DNA of 64,000 bases. Origin: Schmidtea nova. Its lineage: Eukaryota. The notes under the pieces are model-generated. The model was not told the origin of the DNA and made no database searches. It saw only the letters and a list, made by a program, of their open reading frames with translations. Shown here piece after piece: positions 14,073-27,515 of the stretch. The DNA lies in contig CM097884.1 in the NCBI GenBank assembly GCA_044892505.1, positions 127,534,001 through 127,598,000 on the forward strand, given 5' to 3'. Made by a program: the position numbers and the translations under genes. How positions within the stretch are numbered: the first letter of the stretch is position 1; every line of letters starts with the position of its first letter.

Positions 14073-15216
14073 ATGGAAGTTTTAAAAATATTTTAAACCA
14101 TCGTTTTAACACAAATCGAACAGAATGTTGATATAAATAAACGTTGTTTTAATGATTCATACAGAAGGTCGCATTCGGAGGTGATGAATGCATGATTATA
14201 TAAAACTTTGTTCACATCCACCTTATAGCATTTTAACACAATGGATTCATCTCCTAGAAAGGTATTTATCGATTTAATGCATGATCTTCACGATCTGAGC
14301 TTGGTGTTTGATGGTAAAATTGACAGTAAATGTTTGTGTAACTCAGAAATTGAAATTTTAAAATCATTTTATAATAACTTATCGTTGACAATCAAAGTAA
14401 TTTTTTTAATTTTGTGATAAAAATTATATCATATAATTTCAGTTGGGTTATTCCATTGATAATTTATCATCTACAAAATTACATTCTCATTTGTCATTGT
14501 TGTTAGAATTATCAGTTGAATTGTTGTCAAGAACTATGGAAAACAAAGACGAAATTCTTTTGGAAGATTTTCTAATTCATGTTTTAAATATTTTCCGTTT
14601 CTTATTTCAAGTTGGTTTCTATGGGAACCACTCTTATAACAAAGATATTTCAAAAATAAGAAATCTATTATTGAATTCAATTGAAATAAATGTTTCTGTG
14701 AAATTCTATCAACATTTATATAGCAAATATATACTTCCGATTTTGTTTAATTTTGTCTTTTATACAAATGAATGGATTAAAACTCTAAACCACATTTTAT
14801 CCGAATCTTGTTTTAATCACAGCAATCAATCGGAAATTGGCGAAAACAAATTGGAGAGTAATAAAATTGTCTGTGAATTGCCAGAAGCAAATGTTTTAGA
14901 ATTACCGCTACCACAAGAATCTCCAGTTGTAAATGAAATCGAAAGTCAATCTATTTTATTTATGCCATTTCAATTAAAATCTATTGCATTGAGAACTGCG
15001 AGGAATTATCTAATTGGTAATTTAGACGATCGGAAATTTTTTCTCGATTCTTTTCAGGTGCCTTTACAAATATATACTGATATCAGTTTTGTTGAGCTAC
15101 AGAGAACTGCGATCTACTGTAATTATCTGTGTAACATTCTCGAATTTTGTCCTCGCAAATTAAAGGAGGTTATTTCTCAACAGTTTTGCATTTCAAACGA
15201 TGACAACCAAATATAA
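14073..15216 (+). CDS. Four-exon host gene (~334 aa) with a C-terminal SOCS-box-like motif; exons 14073-14078, 14124-14180, 14229-14396, 14443-15216
   Basis: Three phase-0 GT-AG introns of 45, 48 and 46 nt join into the 257-codon ORF; PFQLKSIALRTARNYL...LDSFQVPLQIY resembles a BC-box plus cullin-box. Confidence 0.6.
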
Positions 15217-17014
15217 AAAGAAAATATTATCAAATTTTATTGTGAATTTTATTAAAAATATAAAAATACATTTTCATTTTTTTGTTGCATAGAACTATTA
15301 TAATTAATATTTTTTAAGAGAAAAAATACTTTTAATAAAGCTGTTTCAAAATAAAATATAGATTATTTGATATCATAATAATATCAATTAATTAATGGAA
15401 GTAATTTGTCAACAGTTTTGTATTTCAAATGATCATAACCAAATATAAGATAAAGAAAATTCCTCAAAGTAAATCGTTTAGTTTGTTACTAAAAATAGAA
15501 ATTTTAATTGACGAATAGAAATAAGTTGTTATTTTTGACTGACATTCAACTCCGTCGTTTTACTTTCATATCGTCACATTTGTTATCTGATTTCACATGT
15601 ATGCTGTTTTATTTTATAAGTGTTTCACTAATTTTATATTTTCATTTTTCAGTATAATAATTTTCTTTTTTATCATACTATGTACACGCAATCAATGTAT
15701 GATTGAAAATGAAAACATGTTTAAAATTGTAAATATTTATATTAGTACAGAAGATAATTATACTTATATTTAAAACAATGGAAGGCAATACATTATTACT
15801 AATTTTATTATTATTTATTATTTTATAAAAAATATTGAAAATGCGATTTATTTTAATTTTGAGTTTGTTTATTTTTAGTTGTTTATTTGCTTGACTAGAG
15901 AATTTATCTTATAAAATCACTTGAATGTTAAGTTTTGAACAATTGATAATTTACAGTTTCCATGCTGGTTAGCTCAATAAAAATCAACGTTTTTATTATG
16001 TTAACTGCTTCTGACCAAAAAAAAAGTTCAATTGGACACACCTTGGTTTGCACTTATCCTTAATTAATGGTTCTTTTTGACAGCTCGTACAAAGAATTCC
16101 AAGAGAACGTGTACTAAAATTAACGAAAAAAGTGTATTCTATTATACGCTTCGGTCTACGAATACAAAAAAATATACTAAGATCGATAATATTTTACAAA
16201 TGGTAAAAAGGCAATGTAGGAAATTTGTGTTAAAGAAAATTCGAAAAAATTAAAGAAAATGAAATCCGAAATGTTAGAAGCAGATAAAAAAATGAACAAA
16301 AATACAATTATACTAAAAATTTACTACATATACAATTATTATTTTACATGAAAAATTACTAAATATTAAAATCAGTAATTTAAAATTATTTATTTTTAAA
16401 ATTATATTCTTATTTTTACTATAAAATTTATTATTTTAATTATATTAATTAATTATTTGAGGCCAAGGCGTATCCTTTACAATATCTTTTACAAATTTTA
16501 TTTTAATAAAAAATTAATTTTCCAAGTTGATTATTGGTTAATTCCTAAATTGAATTACAGTAGGGTAATATGATGAGTCTAGATCAGATGAATTATCGTG
16601 CGTTTTTGGTGGGATTTTTGAAGTGTGTTTTGTTTAAATATTTGGAAATTAAAAAAGCTTTTAGCTTAATTTTTAAATTGTGTTTTGTTTTACTGTTTGG
16701 ATTTTTTTAAAAATTTATTTACTTTATTTATTTATTAATTTAATAATTTATAAATAATGAATTAATTTTTTATTAATAATTTTTTATTTATTTGTTCATT
16801 TTAATTATAATATTTATTATTTTACTTATTTATTCACTTTATTTACTAATTTTTAATTTAATTTGTATTTATTTTTAATTTTAATTGTATTTATTTATTT
16901 TAATACTATTATTTGTTACTATTATTATATATTATTATATACTATTATTATTTTATTTATTTATTATTTTATTTTAATATTATTATTTATTTTATTTATT
17001 TATTAAATATTTAT

Positions 17015-17172
17015 TATTATTATCAATAATTCCTATAATGGTAAGACTATAATACACATTATAATACACACTAATAATACACACTTGATAAAGGCTGTGC
17101 CGAAATATTGTGTACTTATTTAAAGAAATTTTGATCTATAGTCTTACCATTATGGGAATTATTGATAATAAA
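17015..17172. repeat. ~35-bp inverted repeat enclosing a degenerate hammerhead-like motif (17081-17113)
   Basis: ATTATCAATAATTCCTATAATGGTAAGACTATA and its near-complement flank ACAC-UUGAUAA-A-GGC-UGU-GCC-GAAA-UAUU-GUGU. Confidence 0.5.
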
Positions 17173-17524
17173 ATTAAAAAAGATCAAAGGTGAAATAAAA
17201 AGATAATTATGATAAATATTTATTATTTATTATTATTTATTTTATTTATCTTTCATAAAATAATAATTATTATTAGTAAGTAGTATTATTTTATTTATTT
17301 ATTATTATATAATTTTATTTATTTATTCACTTTGTTTAATTTTAATTGTGTTTATTATTTTATTTTATTTATTATTTTATTTTATTTATTATTTTTATTT
17401 TATTTATAATTTATATTTATTTTTTTAATTTGGTTCATTTTATTTTTTAAGAAAATATTATTTTATTATTTTATTTGTTTTTTTTTGTTAAATATATTTT
17501 TATATATCATACTAATTTCATTTT

Positions 17525-18372
17525 ATTTAACTATCTTATCAATTACATAATTTTTTTGTTTCCTCTTAGTATTTTCTGTTATTATTTTTATATTCTTTTA
17601 TTCAAGTAGTATTTTATTTAGTTATCTATTAAAATTATAATTAATAATATTATTCATTTTATTATTTGTTATTATCTTTCATTCTATTTTTTATTTTTTT
17701 CTAAAGATTATTAATATAGTAATAAATATAATATTAATTATAACAAAAATCACAATTATAATGAATAAATTTACAATGCACTTGCCACATCAATTGAGTT
17801 TTTAATAATGAAATGTACTTGATTATTTTTAAATTTATATTCGGTAAAATATTATTTATACTTGTTCATCAGGTCGTTGAATGATGATAATATAATTATA
17901 TGCTACAATAAAGCCTATATAAACAAGACAGACATTGTAATATTTGTTTTTAAACGTCTTTTCCAATGACATCTCATTTTGACATTAAATGATAAACAAT
18001 TTAATATACTCTTTTATTGAATAAACGAACGTCATAGATGACAATATTTTCATTGTCGCCCTCTTGCGCTGTTATGGTCCGTGATTCACATGCCCACAGT
18101 TTTGTTTCATATTTATCAATTCATATAATTCACTCGGCTGACATAATAAACAAAAAATAACAGTTAAAATGTTGAAATTGAATTATTTTATTTTAAAACT
18201 AATTTCAAAGAGTTAAATTTTTTTATCAATGATATTATGCAGGCGATTGAATGTGCAAACCTAATGGTGATTGGCATTTATTCATAGGGGAATGAGCGGG
18301 GGTCAATGAGCATAGCATTTCTCTAATCCATTTAGAATGTAATTTAATCAACTCTTGGAAATCAAATGGTCA
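17525..18372 (+). repeat. ~850-bp dispersed repeat; inverted copy at ~43319-44210
   Basis: Near-identical reverse-complement match; in this copy it leads directly into the Penelope-like ORF. Confidence 0.85.
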
Positions 18373-18438
18373 AAATATCAGGTTAATTGGTAAGATTCTT
18401 TTCAATATTGTATCTAATGGTGTATAAATAATTCTGAG

Positions 18439-19981
18439 GTGCAATTAAAGCATAAATATGATTCCAATATTAAGAAGTTGAATAATTTAAGGAGATTGTT
18501 CGGTATTTATAAATTTGATGTTAAGGATACTTTTTTAAATCTGAGCAAAGTTGTTTTGATTGATGACGAGGAACCTATTTTAAAATATGATCTCAATCAG
18601 GGTAGTAAAAGTCGAAAAGAAAAAACTAAATTTTGCGCAAAAATTGAATGATTGTACTATGTGAGTACGACTGATTATATTAATAAAAATAAAAAAACAG
18701 GATATAAAGGATTTTTTGATCTTGAAAGATTTGGCTAAAAAGATATAAATGTTTATAAATATGATAAAGGCAATGGGTTGGTGATCTTGGACCACGATGT
18801 GTATGTGAACAAATTGAATGATGTTTTGTTATCTCCACAGTTTGTAAAAGTAGGCATTAGCCGTAAAAATGGGAAGTTACCTCCTCTGAAAGATAAACTA
18901 ACGTTTCAGAATTGTTGAAAAAATTGTCTGATAATAAAAATATTGATGTAGATTTGGTGAGATTCATATATCCGAAAGGATCCCAACCAGCAAACCCTTA
19001 TGGACTTGCAAAAGTGCATAAAGAATGTATGTCTATGAGACCAGTGTTATCGACTGTAAGAACTGCTCAATACAAAATAGCCAAAATTTTGGATGGGTTA
19101 TTAAAATCTTTAATAATTAAGTTTGAATGTAGGGATAGCTTTGAGTTTGTTTGGTTTGTTGCTCAGTTGAACAAAAACACTGAGAATGAAATTATGGTTT
19201 CTTTTGATGTTTGTAGTCTTTTCACTAATGTTCCATTGGCGGAAACTATTGATTTATGTTGCAACATATGGAATGAAAATGAGTTTGAACATGCAAATAT
19301 GTATAAAATAGCTTTTTTTAGGTTACTCGAATTTGCATTGTCGAATGTTAATTTTCTGTTTAAGAATAAATGGTACAGACAATGGTATGGTGTCGCTATG
19401 GGTTATCCATTAGCTCCAACAATGGCTTCTATCTATATGTCTAGTTTGGAAATGAAAATCTCTTTCTACAATCTTATTAAACCAGCTGTGTACAAACGTT
19501 ATAAGGATGATATTTCTTTGGTCTTTGAAAGTCGTAAACATGTAAAGCCTTTTTTGAAGTACATGAATGGTTTGTATACGAACATTAAATTCATTTGTGA
19601 GGAAGAAAAAATGCCATCGATTGCGTTTTTAGATTTACTCATTCAACGCAAGACGAAACATTATAAGACTAAATATATAGAAAATCGACTGATACTGGTC
19701 TGTATACTACGTCTGAGAATGTTTGTGAATTTAAATATAAGACGAATATGGTGAGAGGATTGGTGTTTAGTGCTTGGTCACTATCTTCTACGTTTGTTAA
19801 TTCAGTAAAAAGTATCGAGGATATGGTTGAGTTGTTACTTAAAAATGGCTATTCTAAATCTTTTCTTGAGAAAATGACAAAAGTGACTGTCGGTAAGTTA
19901 ATGTTGAATGCTAAAGATCTTTGTATGGGTGTCTCTGAATCTAAGGTGCCTCTATTGATTCTGATGAAAGTACTTTGTTAA
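18439..19981 (+). pseudogene. Penelope-like element reverse transcriptase, frameshifted; GIY-YIG domain not seen
   Basis: Motifs DKGNGLVILD, YGLAKVHKE..MRPVLS, SFDVCSLFTNVP, YGVAMGYPLAPTMA, YKRYKDD, IAFLDL, NGYSKSF in consecutive frames. Confidence 0.9.
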
Positions 19982-20008
19982 TTTCGGAAAGTGACAAAAA
20001 TTGATGCT

Positions 20009-20047
20009 TGCCTGAAGATGACTGCTATTTAGTCGAAATTAATCGCA
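20009..20047 (+). ncRNA. Minimal type I hammerhead ribozyme at the 3' end of the Penelope-like element
   Basis: UGC-CUGAAGA-U-GACU(gcuauuu)AGUC-GAA-AUUAAU-C|GCA: intact core, palindromic stem III, AUC cleavage triplet. Confidence 0.8.
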
Positions 20048-20139
20048 TTTATTTACAATATAATCAGTTGGCGTTTATTTATTATTAAATCATTGTCATC
20101 AGAGGCGCGCCAAGCTGTTAGGACTCCTGCGTGCAAAAT

Positions 20140-20520
20140 TTTAAACAATAAAAATATTTTTAATTTAAATAAATTAATCTTAAAAATATAATATTCTCTT
20201 TTTATAAAATAATATTTTTTTAAAGAATATTTTATAAATATTTTTATATTTATAAACAACAGAATGATTGAAAACAAAATCCATAATCCCCAATTGAAAA
20301 TGCTCTAATACTCGAGTACAGAAAAGACGGTGGCATTTCGCCAATGACATTTGAAAAATTAAACGAGTATAGAACACAAATCAAAAGAAAAAAAATAAAC
20401 ATCATCAACAATCACATCAGTTAATTTACTTAAACCGCAAAAAATGAGGCAAACACACACACTCAAAACTCTCACACTCACATATTCACAAACATCGATA
20501 TGACTGAAAACAACGCTAAA
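20140..20520 (-). mobile_element. Inverted partial copy of the hammerhead-ORF monomer
   Basis: Matches ~60650-61030 in the same orientation; directly abuts the plus-strand copy starting ~20525. Confidence 0.85.
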
Positions 20521-20524
20521 TCCC

Positions 20525-23500
20525 TAATATTATATTTTTAAGATAAATTAATTTAAATTAAAAACTTTTTTATCGTTTTAAATTCTTTGGCTATTTTATA
20601 GAATTTATAATATGCATTTTATTTTAAAAATTATTATTAACCCTCAAAAGCACAACAGAGCCTGTTAGTCTCTAATTGAATTCAATTTACTGATAACTTT
20701 ATTGATATTTATTAAATTTTTCTAAAATGTCTTGTATTCGTCTATTTTCAATATTTAAGTATAAAAAATCAAAGCAGGCCAAAAAATTTTGCTTGATAAT
20801 GTAATATAATTAAATTTCATAAAAAAATCGCACAAACGCACAACAGTGCTTATGGAGCTCTGCATATTGACAGTGTGAATCACTATATAGATAATTGCAC
20901 ACCAACGCTATCGCTTGAATCATAGAAGACTGAGCAGTCAATCGGCGCATCAATTGGCGCATTTGCAAGTAAAAATATTCAAAAGGTTTTTTGAATAAAG
21001 TTGATAGTGTATAAGTTGTATAAGTTTGTTTGAATAGCCGATTGGAATTTCGGTATCCTGTTTTATTGATAAAATTGGTAAGTTAGTTTTTATTTTCTAA
21101 GTTTACATTTTTATATACAATTAGAAAACATTTAGAAAAGTAAAAATATGGCCAACGTCCCATTGAGTAAAATGCAACTAGAAGAGATTTTAGAGAATTG
21201 GACCGACGATGAAATTGACTTACTTGAAGATGAAGCTAATCAAGCATCAGATTCTGAAATTAAACTTGTGATGGAGATGTCAAATGAAGAAGATGAAATA
21301 TCGTAAGATGAAAACGAACAGTTTGATATACCTGTAAATAACCAAAAATATAACGGTAAAGATGGAACTGAGTGGATGGCCAACCCATATGGGAGTTCCC
21401 GCTCAAAATCGTGCAATATCATAAAAGGGAAACTTGATACAGTTTTTTGTATGTTTATTGATGAGACAGTCTGTGAATTGATTTTAAAATATACGAACAA
21501 AGAAGCAGTAACAATGTATGGTCAATCAAGAAAGTGGAAACCAATAGGCAGTAATTTTTTTGTCAACAATGCACTATGACGACAAGATGACCGAAAAAAA
21601 AGATAAAGTTATGTCGGAAATAAATAAATATTATGACTTAACCAAAGGAGGTGTTGATACTTTTGATCAACTTATTCACGAATATATGATAAAGAGAAAA
21701 ACTAATCGTTGGCCATTAGCTTTTTTTTATGAATATACTAGATGCCGCTGGAATAGCTGCATATGTTCTGTGGATTAAAAAATTTCCGTATTGGAACCAA
21801 AGGAAACCCAACATACGAAATTTATTCCTGCGAGAATTGGGCGAATCTCTAGTTGAACCTTACATAAGAAAGAGGAAAAATAACAAAAACTTGCACTAAT
21901 CGTCTCAAAGTGCAATAAAAACCTATCTTGGAGCTTTGCCTACTGAAAGTTCTTCTAGCAGACCTTCAACTTCCACTTCAGATGAAAGCATCCGAAAAAG
22001 GAAACGGTGTCATTTGTGTCCATACGCAAAATCCAAAATGCTGACACATTTTAAATGCGATAATTGCCAAAAAAATGTGTGTAATGAACATTCAATAAAA
22101 GCAATAAGTTGTTCGTCATGCCAAAATAATTAGTTATTATTTTGTTAAATTATATATTTAATTATGTTTATATATATTTTTTGAATTATGTTTTTTATTT
22201 TTTTTATATGTATATTTTTTTGAATTATTTTTTTTATTTTTATGTAAATAAAGTAATTTTTGTTCTTTAATAAATTATTTGAGTCTAATTATTATCAAAA
22301 TACAAAGAAATATGTAATAGAGACTCAGAGGCACTGTTGTTTCTAACGCTTGTAAAATAGTTGTGTTTTTTAGGGTTAATTGGTTTGGAAAATCATTTTA
22401 TTTGATTTATATTTGAATGGAAGATTAAGTAGCACCTGATAAAGAGAATTAAGTTCTCGAAATATATTGTAAAGAATATATATTTGGATTGGCGTTTGTT
22501 TTTAATTGTTTTAGTGCTGTGTTTGTTTGTTATGTATTAAAGAAAAATAATTATCCTTCAGTTGTTCCGGTATTCTTTGAAAGTCTGTGTAGGAAAAAAA
22601 TTTTATTTTAAGTGATTGAAGATGTTCGATTCATTGATCAAAGAATTTGGATTGACATTCTAGAATTGAAGATTGAAAGGCGTAATCACCTAGTCTTTGT
22701 ATTGCCTCTGATTGGATTACTAATGTGTAGAATGAAAGATAATTTTTTTCATTCTAAATGTATAGAGTTTTATATTGCCAAATTAGTATTTTGATTTAAT
22801 GATGAGTTTTACAATCGTGCTGATTATTTCTCTTATTCTATTATTTATGAATTAATTGGTGTGATTGTTGGCGATTCTAAGTTTTCTGTATTGCTCTTTG
22901 TTCTGTTCTCGTTTATTTTTTCAAACGTCATGGGTGAAATACCACATACATTGGAAAAGACTGCCCGTCTTCTCTGTATTCGAGTTTCAGAGCGGAGTCA
23001 ATTAATGGGATTTAGCGTTGTTTCCAATCATATCAATGTTTGTGAATATGTGAGTGTGAGAGTTTTGAGTGTGTGTGTTTGCCTCATTTTTTTGCGGTTT
23101 AAGTAAATTAACTGATGTGATTGTTGATGATGTTTATTTTTTTCTTTTGATTTGTGTTCTATACTCGTTTAATATTTCAAATGTCATGGGCAAAACGCTA
23201 CATACTTTGGAGAAGACTGACAGTCTTTTCTGTACTCGAGTATTAGAGCATTTTCAATTGTGGATTATGGATTTTGTTTTCAATCATTCTGTTGTTTATA
23301 AATATAAAAATATTTATAAAATATTCTTTAAAAAATATTTTTTTTATAAAAAAAGAGAATATTATATTTTTAAGATTAATTAATTAAAATTAAAATTTTT
23401 TTTATCGTTTTAAATTCTTTGGCTATTTTATAGAATTTATAATATGCATTTTACTTTTAAAATATTTATTACTTTGTTTGGAAAATCATTTTGTTTGATT

Positions 23501-23600
23501 TATATTTGGATGTAAGATTGAGTAACACCTGATGAAGAGAATTAAGTTCTCGAAATATATTGGGCAGAATATATATTTGTATTGGCGTTTGTTTTTAATT
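20525..23600 (+). mobile_element. Older, decayed copy of the hammerhead-ORF tandem element (monomer ~1093 bp), interrupted by piggyBac
   Basis: Hammerhead-like cores at 22436 (CUGAUAA, mutated) and 23529 (CUGAUGA); ORFs 22861-23106 and 23069-23383 are frameshifted homologs of 61593-62429. Confidence 0.85.
20641..22375 (+). mobile_element. Internally deleted piggyBac transposon with transposase remnants (21148-22133)
   Basis: TTAA TSDs, TIRs CCCTCAAAAGCACAAC / CCCTAAAAAACACAAC, YDLTKGGVDTFDQ..KRKTNRWPLAFFY motif and Cys-rich C-terminus CHLC..CDNCQKNVCNEH. Confidence 0.92.
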
Positions 23601-23681
23601 TTAATTAAAGTAAAAATTAAACTAACAACGGAATAACACATATATCATATGCAATAGTTTATGAAATTAATAGTTTACTAC

Positions 23682-24440
23682 TCACAAAAAAGAGACATTT
23701 CTTGCTTTGTTCAAAGCAAATTGTGAAATTAAGTCATGTATATCTAAATTATCTAGGATTTCATGTTCAATTGAAATTATTGATATATTACTTAGACGTT
23801 CCTGGAGAATAGTTGATCTTAAATAATTTTTAATTATCTTTAATTTTGGAAACGATCTTTCACCTGTTCCAACTGAGGTTGGTAATGTTAATAAAATTCT
23901 GGTCACAATAAATATATTTGAGAATATTGCCTGAAGATAATTTTGTAAAAATATATAATAATATAGATTGAGGTCTAATATCTTCTTCTTTTAAAAATGC
24001 CTTTATAGTTTTTATCTCTTCGAATAACTCAATTCCATTAATATCGGACTCATTTCTTTGTTCGTCAGTTAATTTCAAATGCAAATCTTTGCAGCTTTGC
24101 AAAAGTATTTCTTCCGTTTCATCTTTAATATTATACATAAATCCAAATATATCATTATTCAATTTTAGCGCTTCGAAATTTGTTGTAATTGATGCAAATG
24201 CTTGGTCTATAATGCAGAAATAAAAGTTAATTGTAAAATTTGCTTTTGGATCTAATATTGGTTCATCCTTGCATTCATAATCAAAATTTGTTGGTTTTTT
24301 TCTTATTCTTAAACTGGTAACTTCTAGAAATTCAGGTTCTTTGTGTAATTTTTGGGCTAATTCACTAGCTGATGTAAGTATTTTTTCAAATTTATTATCA
24401 TTACGACAATTTTTAAAAAACTTTTGCAAATGCACGCGTT
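23682..24440 (-). pseudogene. hAT transposase C-terminal part, including the dimerisation domain, frameshifted
   Basis: LLTLPTSVGTGERSFPKLKIIKNYLRSTILQERLSNISIISIEHE. Confidence 0.9.
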
Positions 24441-24503
24441 GCACGCCCTCTTGGAGCGCCCTGATTGTCATGTTTTTTTGATGAATTATAATAATAATTA
24501 TTA

Positions 24504-24568
<65 letters not shown>

Positions 24569-24852
24569 ATTTTTATTATAATAACTAATAATCTGTACTA
24601 GATTCTTGATATCATATAAACAATAATGATAAGAATATTAATTTTAAGATATCATTTTAGAATACAACTATATATTTATTTTTTTTATTTGAACATAGCC
24701 CTCTAATACAAACCTTCAAAAGTCTTTTTCGACTCGATTAAGTTTTCAATGAAACCATAGATATGCAGATTTTTGTTGTTTACAAGATGGCTTGGTGTTT
24801 GATCCAGGCCAGTTGATCAAGGCTTGAGAGAAAAGATAAGCCAAACCCAATG

Positions 24853-25129
24853 TTAAAATTTAATTAGCGGACTACTTCCAACGAAAAACCCAACCATATA
24901 TGCCATAATATCATTACATAAATTCATAGAAACTGTCATTAAGACCCACATAATTCCATTGAATAAATTATCAATCATCAAATGCAAAGAATCGCCTAAT
25001 ATTAGTAGTGTCACATGAGTCCATTCAAACAATGTAAATAGTTGCAGATAATGCTTCTTCACCAAGATGAGAACGAGCCACCTAATGCCACAACTTTATA
25101 TATAGAACGATATAAATTGATGGTGAGAA
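24853..25129 (-). pseudogene. CDS2: CDP-diacylglycerol synthase fragment (3' part); 5' part at ~28376-28440, split by a Polinton-derived insertion
   Basis: LVKKHYLQLF..WTHVTLL..NLFNG..NDIMAYMVGFFVGSSPLIK matches CDS1/2; removing 25130-28375 restores LRSLFSHHQFISFY, with one in-frame stop. Confidence 0.85.
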
Positions 25130-25219
25130 AGTAGGTAGATGTGTGGAGCCGGGAACAAAGACATTATGACTCATTGCGTGGGCGGGAAAAAAGAACAAAG
25201 ACCCCCTCCCCCTCATCAA

Positions 25220-25480
25220 ATGGAATTTCGACTTGGAAAATATCGTACTATTATTCGAACTTTCATGCTGAATGTGGATATTTTAGAGGTAAATGTAACC
25301 AAGAAATTGGAAGAAATCAAACAAAGATTTCTCACATGTTCAATATGTAATATAAATAGAGTTGGCATTTTATATTTACCTTGTGGACATGTCATTATTT
25401 GTTCAAAATGTTTAAAAAATATTGATAAGTGTGAGTCTTGTGGTATTAATATTGATGAATATTATGTGATATACATATAA
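25220..25480 (+). CDS. Small IAP-type C3HC4 RING-finger protein (~86 aa from ATG 25220)
   Basis: CSIC..YLPCGHVIICSKC..IDKCESC..YVIYI at the extreme C-terminus, as in IAP/MDM2-type RINGs. Confidence 0.7.
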   Translation: MEFRLGKYRTIIRTFMLNVDILEVNVTKKLEEIKQRFLTCSICNINRVGILYLPCGHVIICSKCLKNIDKCESCGINIDEYYVIYI

Positions 25481-25569
25481 TGTCATACAAAATATATGTA
25501 TTTTCATTTAATTTATTTTTATCATTGGCTAAGAGAATGCACTTTGTGATTAATAATTAGTCTTTTTTG

Positions 25570-27467
25570 ACATCTTGTCTTTGTTAACTTGGCTTGCAAC
25601 TGCAATGTCTTTGTTAACTTGCATCTGTTTTGCAATGTCTTTGTTAATATTGCACATGAATTGCAGCGTCAAAATGGGTAGGAAAATAAATATATATTAC
25701 GTTGTGGTAGTTTAATTATTTTATTTTGACATCTTGAAGGTTTGAAAATATACACACACACATCTCAAATATCTTTTGCATGATATTTATATAGTTTTAA
25801 AAAATTTTGAACCCTTGAATATTTTTGAATATTTTTGAATATTTTTTATTAACTTGCATGTATGTCTTTGTTAACTTGTATCCACATTGCAATGTCTTTG
25901 TTAACTTGCATATGTATTGCAATGTCTTTGTTAACTTGCATATGTATTGCAATGTCTTTGTTAACTTGCATATGTATTGTTTTGGCATTNNNNNNNNNNN
26001 NNNNNNNNNNNNNNNNNNNNNNNNNNNNNNNNNNNNNNNNNNNNNNNNNNNNNNNNNNNNNNNNNNNNNNNNNNNNNNNNNNNNNNNNNNNNNNNNNNNN
26101 NNNNNNNNNNNNNNNNNNNNNNNNNNNNNNNNNNNNNNNNNNNNNNNNNNNNNNNNNNNNNNNNNNNNNNNNNNNNNNNNNNNNNNNNNNNNNNNNNNNN
26201 NNNNNNNNNNNNNNNNNNNNNNNNNNNNNNNNNNNNNNNNNNNNNNNNNNNGCATTACAATGTCTTTGTTAACTTGCATATGTATTGCAATGTCTTTGTT
26301 TAGTTATTTTGGCATTGAAATGTCTTTGTTAAGGTGTTTTTGGTAATGAAATGTCTTTGTTTAGATGTTTTGGCAATGATATGTCTTTGTTATGAATAAA
26401 TTCTATGTTTAAGAGTACATATATAATCTTTGAATTGTAATAAAAGTTCGAGTAATAAGCTTTGGCAGATAAAAACCATCACAAAAGATGTTCTGATTGT
26501 AAATGTTCTGCTAGTAAATGTTCGTGTCTCTGTTTAGTTATTTTGGCATTGATATGTCTTTGTTTAGGTGTTTTTGCAATGAAATATCTTTGTTTAATTA
26601 TTTTGGCATTGAAATGTCTTTGTTATGAAATTTGGCATTGAAATGTCTTTGTTATCAAATTTGGTAATGAAATGTCTTTGTTATGAAATTTGGCATTGAA
26701 ATGTCTTTGATAAGGAATTTGGCAATGAAATGTCTTTGTTTAGTTTTTTGGTATTGAAATGTCTTTGTTATGAAATTTGGCAATGAAATGTCTTTGTTTA
26801 GTTTTTTTGGCAATGAAATGTCTTTGTTTAGTTTTTGGCATTGAAATGTCTTTGTTTAGTTTTTGGCATTGAAATGTCTTTGTTTTGAAATTTGGCAATG
26901 AAATGCCTTTGTTTAGTTTTTTGGCAATGAATTGTCATTGTTTAGTTTTTGGCATTGAAATGTCTTTGTTATGAAATTTGGCAATGAAATGTCTTTGTTT
27001 AGTTTTTTGGCAATGAAATGTCTTTGTTTAGTTTTTTGGCAATGAATTGTCTTTGTTATGAAATTTGGCAATGAATTGTCTTTGTTATGAAATTTGGCAA
27101 TGAAATGTCTTTGTTTAGTTTTTTGGCATTGAAATGTCTTTGTTATGAAATTTGGCAATGAAATGTCTTTGTTTAGTTTTTTGGCATTGAAATGTCTTTG
27201 TTAATATTGCACATGGTTTTGCAATGTTTCTTGATGACTCATATTTGTGTTAAAAAATTTGTGTTAAAAAAATTTGTGTTAAAAAAATTTGTGTTAAAAA
27301 AATTTGTGTTAAAAAAAAATTTGAACACATACACATATGAATATGACCATCATACTCAACTTTCAATTACCTTTTGTTTGATACATATATTACATAGTTT
27401 TTAAAATTTTGAACCTTGGACCCTTCGAGGGTTGACCATCATACTCAACTCTCAATTACCTTTTGTT

Positions 27468-27515
<48 letters not shown>

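Larger units (their letters stand above)
20100..24463 (-). mobile_element. Internally deleted hAT transposon carrying nested insertions
   Basis: Imperfect TIRs CAGAGGCGCGCCAAG / CAGGGCGCTCCAAG and a perfect 8-bp TSD ATTGTCAT (20092-20099, 24464-24471). Confidence 0.9.

Noticed and set aside
25139-25219. N-terminal extension of the RING ORF, and C-terminal VGRCVEPGTKTL of ORF 28336-28680
   Set aside because: Both are read-through of TIR sequence, not part of the proteins.
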